Shown piece by piece: positions 1 through 8,599 of a stretch of DNA of 64,000 nt (positions are counted from its first letter, which is position 1; each line of letters opens with the position of its first letter). The notes beneath the pieces are model-generated. The model searched no databases. It was not told where the DNA came from and was given only the letters and a program-made list of their open reading frames with translations. The position numbers were made by a program, and so were the translations under genes. This DNA comes from an uncultured Candidatus Saccharibacteria bacterium (lineage in GTDB: Bacteria > Patescibacteriota > Doudnabacteria > UBA920). The stretch is from NCBI GenBank assembly GCA_964483665.1, contig CAZACP010000005.1, positions 1,910-65,909 on the forward strand, read 5' to 3'.

Positions 1-588
1 CTATATTTCTTTTTTAACTAAATATCTGTTTATAGCCCAGAGACCGGCTACAATAAATGCCACCAACAGAACAATAAACACAATTCGGAATGGTTTTGCC
101 ACAAGCGTATAAATGTTGCCAAAGAAGTACCCGAGCAGCATAAGCAGCGCTGTCCAAATAAAGCCCCCGGCTAAATTTAATAGCGCGTATTTTTTAACCG
201 GTACCTTAAGCATGCCGGCTACAAGCAAAGTAGCCAGGGCAAAACCAAAGCCCATGGTTATTTTGGAAATAAACAGAATTCGCGCGTGGTAGGTGTGAAA
301 GCGTTTTTCTATTTTTCCAATTATTTCCGGGGTAATGTTAAAGAAGTGTCCGTATTTGTCTATAAGTTTTCGCGCGCCGTGTCTGCCTATAGCGTACCAT
401 ACCATATCTGCGGTAAAGTCACCGGCCATAAGCGTCAAATAGGCGGGGAGGAGTTCTAGTTGCCCCAGGCGCAGAAAAAAGCCTGAGGTAAGCATTAAAA
501 CCGGCCCTTCCACTATAGCGCCTAAAAACAGGAGAATGTAGCGGGAGGAATGTACAAAATCTAGCAGTGAGTAAAAAACAGCAGGCAT
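1..588 (-). CDS. DedA/SNARE-associated (TVP38/TMEM64) family inner-membrane protein
   Basis: Complete 195-aa ORF, multi-TM, DedA-like motifs (GxxxVEG...G at N-terminus, conserved R/G-rich loop); start ATG abuts stop of upstream gene. Confidence 0.6.
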   Translation of the reverse strand: MPAVFYSLLDFVHSSRYILLFLGAIVEGPVLMLTSGFFLRLGQLELLPAYLTLMAGDFTADMVWYAIGRHGARKLIDKYGHFFNITPEIIGKIEKRFHTYHARILFISKITMGFGFALATLLVAGMLKVPVKKYALLNLAGGFIWTALLMLLGYFFGNIYTLVAKPFRIVFIVLLVAFIVAGLWAINRYLVKKEI

Positions 589-1200
589 TTAGGCTGTGTG
601 GTGTTCGTGAGTATGGTCGTGGCTGGCAAAGTTTTTTTGCATCCATTTTGCCAGCATTAAAGACCAAATGTAGCTGACTATTAAAACCAGCAATAAGGCA
701 ACCCCGGCGCCTTTGGTTAAGAGGCTAATTTTTTTGTCGGTTTCGCTTAAGCTTCTGGCTGTAAGAATAAAGCCGTTTTGTTTTCCGGTGTAGTGTTTAA
801 GCACGGCAGCAAAGCGCTGGCCGGTTTTAGGCTGCCAGGTAAAGCGGTTGTCTGGCATTTTTCTTGCCGCTGCAAAAGCTCCGGCCGGAAGCTGGGGGAG
901 TTCGCCGTTTAGGTAGCCATTGCCAACAACCGGCTTGCCGGTGTCATCATATACCACTAAAAACGGGTTGGAAGTTTGAGTAATATCTGTTTGGCCTAAA
1001 CTGCCGCCAATTAAGCTTAAATCGTCCACCTGGCTTAAGTCTTTTATAGCTTCTGTTGCCATTTGCGCTTGCGGATCGTTGGCACTAAGCCTGTAGTTTT
1101 GCTGAACTGACCAGTAGCTAAAGCCTGTAAGTAAAATGGCGGTTAAGGCTATGGGCAGCCAGAGGCCAAGAGCTAAACTTGAGATTTTTGATTTAGTCAT
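589..1200 (-). CDS. hypothetical membrane-anchored protein with His-rich C-terminus (HDHTHEHH)
   Basis: 203-aa ORF, N-terminal TM/signal segment, C-terminal TM plus histidine-rich tail; no recognisable family. Confidence 0.35.
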   Translation of the reverse strand: MTKSKISSLALGLWLPIALTAILLTGFSYWSVQQNYRLSANDPQAQMATEAIKDLSQVDDLSLIGGSLGQTDITQTSNPFLVVYDDTGKPVVGNGYLNGELPQLPAGAFAAARKMPDNRFTWQPKTGQRFAAVLKHYTGKQNGFILTARSLSETDKKISLLTKGAGVALLLVLIVSYIWSLMLAKWMQKNFASHDHTHEHHTA

Positions 1201-1245
1201 ATTTATTGGTTACTTAGGACTAAAGTCCTATTACTATATTAATGG

Positions 1246-1509
1246 TTAATTTATTATACCAGATATCTTAGCTTTGTTAAGCAACTCGACTTTTTTGCTT
1301 TTCGGCCATTTTTTGACCTCGATTTCGCGTTTGAGGGCCTTACTTTTATTTCTAAATTTTTCCGAGTAGACAATTTTGCCTCCGCCGCGGCTGCGCACGT
1401 ACTTAGAGCCTTTGCCTTGATTATGCAAAGCTTCGCGCTTCTCTAAATTGTCGGTATAACCGCAGTAAAGGCTTTTGTCTTTGCATTTTAAAATGTAAAA
1501 GTAATGCAT
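1246..1509 (-). CDS. GIY-YIG nuclease family protein (small, URI-domain only)
   Basis: YxYILKC...LYCGYT...L..R...H motif typical of GIY-YIG catalytic domain; 87 aa. Confidence 0.6.
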   Translation of the reverse strand: MHYFYILKCKDKSLYCGYTDNLEKREALHNQGKGSKYVRSRGGGKIVYSEKFRNKSKALKREIEVKKWPKSKKVELLNKAKISGIIN

Positions 1510-1513
1510 ACAA

Positions 1514-2200
1514 TTATTTTAAAATAGCCAAAGGGTCAAGCCAATTGCTAAGCTGCTCTTTGTTTTGTACATAGCCTAACAAGCTTATGTTTTCGCCTTT
1601 ATGAATGCTTAAGTGAAGGTGTTTTCTTTCAAAGTCGGTTTCCTTGGTATAACCTTTTCCTAAAACACCAATTATATTGCCGGCTTTTAATTCATAACTT
1701 CCGCCGGCTGGCGGATTATTTTTTACGCTGTCTATGTTTAGGTGGCCGTACAGCACTGTAACATTTTGTCCTTCCAGCTGGCAGCCTTGAATTACAACTC
1801 CGCCATAGCCTGAGACCCATTTTTTTTGTAAAATTTTGCCGCTGCAAACAGCGGTTATGTAAACCTCGGTATTTTGTTCTTCTGCCGCTGCCTCAAAGTC
1901 CACACCTGTGTGATAACCATAAAAGCGCTCTGGACTTACAGGGGAATTTTCCTTGGTAATATATATGCCAAAAGGTTTTTTAGTCACCCTATTTTTTGCT
2001 TCTGAAATCGGGAATTGCCATTCTATATTTGTAGTAGGCGTGGGCGTGGGTTCTTCTGTTTTTGTGGGGGAGGGAGTAGGTGTGTTTTCTGTTAATGTAA
2101 CAGGTTTAGGCTGAATATTTTCCTCGCGTTTAAGCTGGTAAGTATACAAACCATACAAAAGCAAGATGCAAATTATACTTCCGGCTATTTTTTTAAGCAT
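1514..2200 (-). CDS. M23/LytM family metallopeptidase with Pro/Thr-rich linker
   Basis: N-terminal TM, PT-rich linker, C-terminal HxGxD...LYGH...HLH motifs of M23 peptidases. Confidence 0.6.
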   Translation of the reverse strand: MLKKIAGSIICILLLYGLYTYQLKREENIQPKPVTLTENTPTPSPTKTEEPTPTPTTNIEWQFPISEAKNRVTKKPFGIYITKENSPVSPERFYGYHTGVDFEAAAEEQNTEVYITAVCSGKILQKKWVSGYGGVVIQGCQLEGQNVTVLYGHLNIDSVKNNPPAGGSYELKAGNIIGVLGKGYTKETDFERKHLHLSIHKGENISLLGYVQNKEQLSNWLDPLAILK

Positions 2201-2267
2201 ACGGTTATTATAGCAAAAACCCTTGAAAAAATAAGGTGAATATGGTAGAATACGTAAAGTTTTACGA

Positions 2268-2342
2268 GGCGCTATCGTCTAATGGTTAGGACAAGTGGTT
2301 TTCATCCACTAAATCGGAGTTCGATTCTCCGTAGCGCTACCA
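2268..2342 (+). tRNA. tRNA-Glu (anticodon UUC)
   Basis: Cloverleaf with acceptor GGCGCTA/TAGCGCT, D-arm TCGTCTAATGG, anticodon loop TTTTCAT, T-loop GGAGTTCGATTCTCC, encoded CCA; similar to bacterial tRNA-Glu. Confidence 0.8.
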
Positions 2343-3835
2343 AAGTTAACTTTCACTCTGTCGGCAATTACACGAAATTCATTTTTCCAAATAACCGCAA
2401 TAGTTTTATCGCTCTCCGAAGATTGCCAAGACAGGTTTTCCACTAAAGAACGAATAAGCAAACGTTTTTTCTCATCAGAAGCCATCCGATAAGCCAGGGA
2501 TGGCTTTTTGAGTAGTTTTCCAATTTTAGCAATGTGGTTCATAGTTTCTGTATCGGCCTTCTCCAAAGACATCCTTCGTTCACATAATTCTTTGTCCTTG
2601 TTAACCAAATTGGAGCTTGCATGTTTATATTCTTCTTCTGGTATGGTTCCGTTTAGACAAAGAGTTAACAATTTATCTTTTTCCAATCTAATTTTGGACA
2701 ATTCTAAGTCAACCGCTTTAATTTGAGTTAAGCGGTTTAAAGATAAGTCTGCCCTAAACTTAGCTACAGCCCTTAAAAATACAGTAGTTTCCTTTTCAGT
2801 AAACTCAATGTCGCATAAGGATTTAAAAAACTGGTCTTCTATAAACTCTTCTTTTATATTGCACTTGCAGCCAAACCTGCAGTTATAGTATTTGTACCTA
2901 TCACGTGCCGATATAGACCTTAGCTTTTTACCACAAAACGGACACGCCATTAAACCACCAAAAATATAAACAAATTTACGCTGGTGCTTGTAGCTTCTGC
3001 CGTCTAATACTTTTTGGACTTGGTCAAATAAGGCTTTGGTTATTATTGGCTGGTGTGAGCCGCGCTTGAGTGCTTTTTTAAATTTAAATACACCATAATA
3101 GAATGGATTGCGTAGTGTTTTGTATAGCGCCTTAGGATTTAGCGGTTTGGCCGGGTTAGTTTTAGTTCCTTTAGTCATTAAACCCATTTTGGTTAACTGT
3201 TTATGTAAGGCATCAATGCTGTAATTGCCAGTTGAGTAAATTTCAAATGCTCGTTTAACAATGCCGCTCATGACAGGATCTGGTTCTTTAACTCCTTTGC
3301 CTTTGTCCAAATAACCAATAGGTGCTCGTGTAGGACATCTACCGTCTTCCACCATGCCGTTTATGCCTTTATGAATTTCGTGCCGTAAGTTGTCTACGTA
3401 AAATTTTGCAAAACCTACCTGAATGGAAAACAACCGCCAATTTTCATTTTTACTGCTAATACCATCTGAAACAAAATGAATTTCAAAACCTTCCTTGGCC
3501 AAGTCTTCCAAAATTATTGCATCTTTAAAATTCCTTGTAGAACGGTCAATTTTGTGAAAGATTAAGCCTTTGCCTTTGTTTTCTCTTAAGTCTTTTACCA
3601 TTTCTTTAAAAATTTTTCTGTCATCACTTTTAGCGCTTTCAGTTTCTCGGTAAAATGGCTCTTTAATTTGTAAATTATTCCGGCGAGCGTAATCTTTTAA
3701 TTGACGCGCTTGTTCGTTAAGGCTTTCGCCTTCCGCCTGTTCCTTACTGGAAACTCTTACGTAGCAGTAGTAAATATTTTGGTTATTTTCTTTTTGCATA
3801 TATTTTTGACTGCTTGGCAAATTCTGTTCTGGCAA
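2309..3835 (-). CDS. large serine recombinase (resolvase/invertase N-terminal catalytic domain + recombinase domain + zinc ribbon + coiled coil)
   Basis: N-terminal YCYVRVSSKEQ catalytic Ser motif, central recombinase domain, CPFCG...CRFGC zinc ribbon, coiled-coil C-terminus; 3' end of gene overlaps 3' end of tRNA-Glu by 34 nt. Confidence 0.8.
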   Translation of the reverse strand: MPEQNLPSSQKYMQKENNQNIYYCYVRVSSKEQAEGESLNEQARQLKDYARRNNLQIKEPFYRETESAKSDDRKIFKEMVKDLRENKGKGLIFHKIDRSTRNFKDAIILEDLAKEGFEIHFVSDGISSKNENWRLFSIQVGFAKFYVDNLRHEIHKGINGMVEDGRCPTRAPIGYLDKGKGVKEPDPVMSGIVKRAFEIYSTGNYSIDALHKQLTKMGLMTKGTKTNPAKPLNPKALYKTLRNPFYYGVFKFKKALKRGSHQPIITKALFDQVQKVLDGRSYKHQRKFVYIFGGLMACPFCGKKLRSISARDRYKYYNCRFGCKCNIKEEFIEDQFFKSLCDIEFTEKETTVFLRAVAKFRADLSLNRLTQIKAVDLELSKIRLEKDKLLTLCLNGTIPEEEYKHASSNLVNKDKELCERRMSLEKADTETMNHIAKIGKLLKKPSLAYRMASDEKKRLLIRSLVENLSWQSSESDKTIAVIWKNEFRVIADRVKVNFGSATENRTPI

Positions 3836-4028
3836 ACTTTATTCCTTTTAGCAAACTATGCGCCTTTTCAAACTCGCCTGACATAATGCAGGTTTTACGC
3901 TCCTGCTCCATTTGTCGAATTTGACCAGCCGCCGCTTTTAACCACTCCATGCGCTCGGCTCTTGAGGCAAACTTCATAAGTACCAAAATTAAAACGCCAG
4001 ACCTGAAACTGCTTTTGTTGCTACACAA
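3783..4028 (-). CDS. small hypothetical protein upstream of and overlapping recombinase gene (possible directionality factor)
   Basis: 81-aa ORF, start codon lies within 15-bp inverted repeat; no family recognised. Confidence 0.25.
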   Translation of the reverse strand: MCSNKSSFRSGVLILVLMKFASRAERMEWLKAAAGQIRQMEQERKTCIMSGEFEKAHSLLKGIKFARTEFAKQSKIYAKRK

Positions 4029-4168
4029 ACACAGTGGTCTGACGTTTAATTTAGAATACTCTAAACTAATGGCCGTTTCAAGCCGTGTTTGTGTAGCAAA
4101 TTAATTATAATATACGGTGCACCGGTGTACATAGCTGAAATTTTGTGTTGGTTTTACTAGTTATAATT

Positions 4169-4195
4169 GTTAACCTCGTTAACCTAGTTAACTTA
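4169..4195. repeat. three tandem 9-bp direct repeats GTTAACCTC/GTTAACCTA/GTTAACTTA (iteron-like)
   Basis: Read directly; third copy overlaps stop codon of P-loop gene. Confidence 0.6.
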
Positions 4196-5647
4196 AGGGA
4201 GTAGCGGTGTTTGGTCTTCCATTTCCTCTTTTTCTGTACCTAACATGGTTTTTGTTATGCCGTAATACTCTGCTAAATCATGAATTCGTTTATACTCTGA
4301 TGCAGGAACGCTGAATCCTGTTGAATCTCTAAACTTCTTTATGCCTAGCTTGGAAATTATCGTGCCAATCCTTTTGGCCGAAACTACGTAATTCTGGCTA
4401 ACAAGCATTTGTCCGGTTTCTTCGCTTTTGTAATGGGAGTCCGGACGGTCGTTATATTCGTTGTAGAATTTACGGCTATACCAATCAGCAACTTCCTTTA
4501 TACGAATTTTTTTGACGTATGCTTGGTTTTTATCTTTAGCTAACATCTCTTGTAGACAAATAAGTACTTCCGTTTCAAAAGAGTTGTGCAACTGAGACTT
4601 CAATTCGTTGTCTGCTTTAATGCCAAATTCCAAAACTTTATTAACCACGTCTTCGCCTATCAATGCCGCTACTGTTAACATTGCGCTAAAGGTTTGTTTC
4701 ACTCTTGGGGTTTTTATTTTGTCTGTGTATTGCTCAGTAATTTCAACCTTGCCATAATTACTAAATCTGAAAGCAAGAAGCATCCTGCGTAGAAATGCAG
4801 CTATGTCCTCGTTGTCCTTAGACATTGTAATTGGGAAGCCATTTGCTTTGCCGTGATACAGCCACTGTGTTATACAACGACTCTCAAGTGCTTGGTCTCC
4901 AAAGCGTTCTCGTGATGCTAAAATTTTCGGACCAAAAACATCAAAGACTACCGTCTTAAAAGTGCCATCTTTTTTAGGCTCCATTCTCAGGACCGGAAAA
5001 TTCTTTATGTGCCCAGCGTTTAGAATTTTTACGATAATTGACCACATATCCGAATTTTTAAAGTCTGTTTCGTCAAAAACCATAGTACCTTTAATTTGGT
5101 TTAAAGTTCGGAATATTGCCGAATTAGAAGCGGGTCCGCCAAAAAACATAGCCTTATAACAAAGACTACCGACTACTTCTAAAAATCTGGTTTTACCGCT
5201 TCCGAAACCTCCTATAACTCGGAGATAAGGCACAACAGGAAACTTGTCATAAACCCAAGTCATCATTATGTATATGGCCGCTATGGTATAAAATTCTTCG
5301 GGTAAAAATATCCACTTTTTTAAGTGCATCTTAATCGCGGCAAATAACCTATGGTTATCTCCGTAACCTTCAATGTCATTTGGCAATTTCAGAAAGCCGG
5401 ATTTTAACATTTGGTCTGTAGGTGGCCAGGGCAAAATTTTATCCTGCTCGGTATTAATAAGTTCTACGAATTTCACTTCCTCTAAATTTGCTGATTGTCC
5501 GTTTGAAACCACAAATCCGGTTGTGTTAGATTCGGGCTTGTAAAACATTTCCACTAACGAACCATCACTTAAGATGTCTGAAATTTTATAGACATCAGGG
5601 ATTGTTTTGTCCATGTTTAATATCTCCTTTCGCAGCAGCCAGCTCAT
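4193..5647 (-). CDS. P-loop NTPase, putative replication/primase-helicase-associated protein of integrated element
   Basis: Walker A GGFGSGKT and Walker B VVFDETD; 484 aa; context next to recombinase; family not resolved. Confidence 0.5.
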   Translation of the reverse strand: MSWLLRKEILNMDKTIPDVYKISDILSDGSLVEMFYKPESNTTGFVVSNGQSANLEEVKFVELINTEQDKILPWPPTDQMLKSGFLKLPNDIEGYGDNHRLFAAIKMHLKKWIFLPEEFYTIAAIYIMMTWVYDKFPVVPYLRVIGGFGSGKTRFLEVVGSLCYKAMFFGGPASNSAIFRTLNQIKGTMVFDETDFKNSDMWSIIVKILNAGHIKNFPVLRMEPKKDGTFKTVVFDVFGPKILASRERFGDQALESRCITQWLYHGKANGFPITMSKDNEDIAAFLRRMLLAFRFSNYGKVEITEQYTDKIKTPRVKQTFSAMLTVAALIGEDVVNKVLEFGIKADNELKSQLHNSFETEVLICLQEMLAKDKNQAYVKKIRIKEVADWYSRKFYNEYNDRPDSHYKSEETGQMLVSQNYVVSAKRIGTIISKLGIKKFRDSTGFSVPASEYKRIHDLAEYYGITKTMLGTEKEEMEDQTPLLP

Positions 5648-5846
5648 CGTAAATTTCCAAAATACTGCGCGTGTATCCTAGAAGAGTTTCCGAAAGTTGG
5701 CTGCTGTCATTAATTATTTCTTCCGCAGAATCTGCAGAATTTTTAAAGTTTTCTTCTCGCATAAGTTGTGGACGCAAAAAAAGACCTAAGAGCTATGCAC
5801 ACCAAAGGTGCATATAACTCTTAGGTCTCTAATACCTACCCGTTAT

Positions 5847-5876
5847 TTGGGATTTACAGCTGACACCTAGTATAAT
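5847..5876 (+). promoter_or_regulatory. sigma70-like promoter (TTGGGA-N18-TATAAT, alternative TTTACA -35)
   Basis: Consensus -10 TATAAT at 5871-5876 with plausible -35; lies in noncoding ori-like region. Confidence 0.35.
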
Positions 5877-5882
5877 TTCTTA

Positions 5883-6017
5883 CCTAGATGTTCGATGCCG
5901 GTTTGCACCGGTAAACAAGCTAACTGCTTGTAAGATGAACGGTGGATTCCCGTTCGCCACTTATGGCTTTTAAAGCCACAAGATTCCAACAACTGTAAAT
6001 TTTCTATTTTTATTATA
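5883..6017 (+). ncRNA. candidate small RNA: four consecutive stem-loops followed by U-rich tract
   Basis: Hairpins CCGGTttgcACCGG, ACAAGCtaactGCTTGT, GAACGGtggattcCCGTTC, TGGCTTTTAAAGCCA then TTTTCTATTTTTATT; downstream of promoter. Confidence 0.25.
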
Positions 6018-6451
6018 CTCCATCGGTTTAGAGTGTCAAGTTTTTTTGCAAATTTATAAAAATTTTATTAACTTGGTGAACATTGTTAACTTCTAAACAC
6101 TTATAGCAGCCACCATAGGTAGAAATCCTAACGCTTAATATAAATCTATACTGTGCTAAATAAAAATGTACCGAGACTGTCCTGGTGCTTCCGGCAATGC
6201 CGTAAACTGTAAGCCGGTGGTGAATATTTACAAAATGGCCTATTTTTAATACAATATAGCTACAACAAAGCCTAAACCAACAGCTAAAAACTGATGGCAT
6301 GGCGCAATAAAGGTTAATCACCGTGAAGCACAATGACAGCCATCTGTCTTGCCTTTACGCTTCACGGTGTAGCCAGGGAAACCTGGTTTGGCAAGCGGGT
6401 GGCCCTTTTTGTTAGCCACTAGCTTGCAGCATTACAATTAACAATAATAAA

Positions 6452-6775
6452 ATGCTCACAAGCTTTTTGTTAATAGCAACAGCTATTATATTAGTTTCCG
6501 CAAAACTAATTAAAAATGTGGTTATAAAATATAAATTAAAAAATTCTAAACTTGTGCAAAATAAAGAAAACCTGCAGTGCCAGGCATGCGGTTTAGAATT
6601 TCATAAAGATAAATTTTTAGCTCACGTGTTAGATACTGCGACTTTTGATGAAATGGAAATAAAAGAATCTCCGCTTATAAATTTACTTTCTCTAAATAAA
6701 CATAAATATTATATTGGTAAAGCGATTGCTGAAACACAAAAAGCTGGTGGCAACTTGCAGGCTATTAGCGATTAG
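6452..6775 (+). CDS. hypothetical small protein with CxxC
   Basis: 107-aa ORF, N-terminal TM; no family. Confidence 0.3.
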   Translation: MLTSFLLIATAIILVSAKLIKNVVIKYKLKNSKLVQNKENLQCQACGLEFHKDKFLAHVLDTATFDEMEIKESPLINLLSLNKHKYYIGKAIAETQKAGGNLQAISD

Positions 6776-7091
6776 TTGCCTGACTGTTTCTGGCTTTGAT
6801 ATTATTGATAATTTCTTTAAGTTGCGAACTCTGCTCCTGCAGTTTTTGTCGTTCCTGCTGATCGCTAATTTCCAAAAAAGCATTCGCCTTGCCAAATATC
6901 CTGTCCAGCAGTTCCTTTACGGCCGGAATATTGCCTTCGGATGCCTGTTTAATTAAAGCGGCCACTATTGGCCCTTTATTTTTTATAGTTTCTTCAATTA
7001 TATGTTGCCTCAGCGCTTCAGCCTCCAAAGTGTGAGCCGCTTTGCTTCCTTGTGGCCTGCCTGCACCGGTGCGCTTTCCGCCATGTGCCAT
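6765..7091 (-). CDS. phage-associated small protein with N-terminal GGKRxGAGRPxG motif
   Basis: MAHGGKRTGAGRPQGSK N-terminus typical of small phage/mobile-element proteins; divergent from XRE gene. Confidence 0.4.
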   Translation of the reverse strand: MAHGGKRTGAGRPQGSKAAHTLEAEALRQHIIEETIKNKGPIVAALIKQASEGNIPAVKELLDRIFGKANAFLEISDQQERQKLQEQSSQLKEIINNIKARNSQATNR

Positions 7092-7268
7092 AAACTTGAG
7101 TAAAGAATCAAATAATCAAGTTTATCCTATTATTAAGGTTAAAAATTGTACAATTTATAGCTTTTGCACCTGTGGATATTTAAGTGTAAGCTTTTAAATA
7201 TCCTTGATTTTATTGGAAAAAATAAATTATTTGACATAAAATATTCCTTCAGGCATACTAATATTGCT

Positions 7269-7604
7269 ATGAGAAACATAAGCGACCTAGTAAAAAATCA
7301 ACGCACCAAGTTAGGCTTAACAATGGAAGAGGTAGGGGAAAAAGCGAAGCTATCACAAGGATTTGTGTCTAAATTAGAAAAAGGAGACTATAGCGCGGAA
7401 AGTTTGTCCTTGGACACAATAATTCGCCTTGCCGATGCTCTTAAATTAAAGGTTAAAGATTTTCTTGATGACCTTAAAGTTATCGAGTCCGACCAAGCCC
7501 CCTCATTAAATGTATATTTACGACAAAAGTACGACATCCAAAATACGAAAGATGTCCAAATGATTGAAGATATAATTAATAGGTTTATTAATAATAAGCA
7601 ATGA
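7269..7604 (+). CDS. XRE-family helix-turn-helix transcriptional regulator (Cro/CI-type)
   Basis: LVKNQRTKLGLTMEEVGEKAKLSQGFVSKLEKG HTH_3 motif; ORF track start is upstream, first plausible Met at 7269. Confidence 0.7.
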   Translation: MRNISDLVKNQRTKLGLTMEEVGEKAKLSQGFVSKLEKGDYSAESLSLDTIIRLADALKLKVKDFLDDLKVIESDQAPSLNVYLRQKYDIQNTKDVQMIEDIINRFINNKQ

Positions 7605-8113
7605 AGTTTTCGCAGGTCAACCAAAAAGCGGAGCAAACCGCCGCATCAATAATATCAGCCATTGGCAAAGACGAACCGTCCTTGGCTGATTTAATTGCTT
7701 GGTTAACTGAAAATTTTGGAATAAAATTTGAAATTTCTAAAATGGATTTATCCAACCACCCTGTATGCGGTTTGGTATTTCAAAATCCGGCCACGCGAGC
7801 TCATAAAGTAGTTGTTGACCGAAACGATTCAGCAGAAAGGCAGAGGTTTAGCGTATGTCACGAACTCGCTCATATACTGCGGGAAAAGGAATTAGTTTTT
7901 GGTTTTTTTAATGGGGATTTACAAAATCAAGACTATGAAGAACGATTTTGCAACCGCTTTGCCGCGGCTTACCTGATGCCTGAAAAATCTTTTCGGGCAA
8001 AATGGGCATCAACTTCAGAAAACTTTTTAATCAAACGCTACGCAATAGCAGAGTATTTTGGTGTATCAAAAGAAACAGTAATGTACCGAGCATTAGAACT
8101 TGGGCTCCAATAA
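7601..8113 (+). CDS. ImmA/IrrE family metallopeptidase
   Basis: HELAH zinc-binding HExxH motif in conserved context, translationally coupled (ATGA overlap) to XRE gene; classic ImmR/ImmA arrangement. Confidence 0.65.
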   Translation: MKFSQVNQKAEQTAASIISAIGKDEPSLADLIAWLTENFGIKFEISKMDLSNHPVCGLVFQNPATRAHKVVVDRNDSAERQRFSVCHELAHILREKELVFGFFNGDLQNQDYEERFCNRFAAAYLMPEKSFRAKWASTSENFLIKRYAIAEYFGVSKETVMYRALELGLQ

Positions 8114-8204
8114 AACTTCTATGAATAAAACTAACATAAATAATACACTTTTAATTATCTGTTTGAACGGTAAAGCCGATGTTTTTACCAATATTTTAAA
8201 AGTC

Positions 8205-8237
8205 AAAAAAAGCCGCTAAAATTTAGCGGATTTTTTG
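8205..8237 (+). terminator. rho-independent terminator
   Basis: GCCGCTAAA/TTTAGCGG stem followed by TTTTTT. Confidence 0.5.
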
Positions 8238-8387
8238 GGCGTTTAAATCGGAGAAGGGGCTATCCTTCCCGAAAAACCCTGATCGATTTCTTCGAAAAGC
8301 TAGCTATGCAAGAGAAAGCTGTGATATGTTTTACTCTATCATATCTGACGCCTTTAAGCAACTAATTCCTACAGGACCAACTCTTAT

Positions 8388-8528
8388 ATGAGCGAATCCA
8401 AAACCAGCCTTCGTGGCCGGGACGCAAAGACGGGAGAATTCACTACTGTGGAGGAAGCACGCCGCTACCCCACTACTCACGTCGTTGAGCGCGTTCCCAA
8501 GCCCGGTTATGGCGACACAAAAGATTAA
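8388..8528 (+). CDS. candidate 46-aa ORF in GC-rich patch (MSESKTSLRGRDAKTGEFTTVEEARRYPTTHVVERVPKPGYGDTKD)
   Basis: Below ORF-track size cutoff; non-random charged composition, followed by hairpin GCCGCCTT/AAGGCGGC. Confidence 0.3.
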   Translation: MSESKTSLRGRDAKTGEFTTVEEARRYPTTHVVERVPKPGYGDTKD

Positions 8529-8552
8529 TCTGGTATAGCTATTAGTACCAAG

Positions 8553-8580
8553 GCCGCCTTTGGGAAGGAAGGCGGCTTTA
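8553..8580 (+). terminator. stem-loop, weak terminator
   Basis: GCCGCCTT tgggaagg AAGGCGGC then TTTA. Confidence 0.35.
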
Positions 8581-8599
8581 AAAACGGTATTTAGATTAT

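Noticed and set aside
2508-3886. Plus-strand ORFs 2508..2726 and 3701..3886 inside the recombinase gene
   Set aside because: Antisense to a well-supported CDS, low-complexity or hydrophobic, with no motifs.
6028-6333. Minus-strand 101-aa ORF
   Set aside because: Cys and aromatic-rich low-complexity translation of the hairpin-rich ori-like region, with no start context. The region is better explained as structured non-coding DNA.
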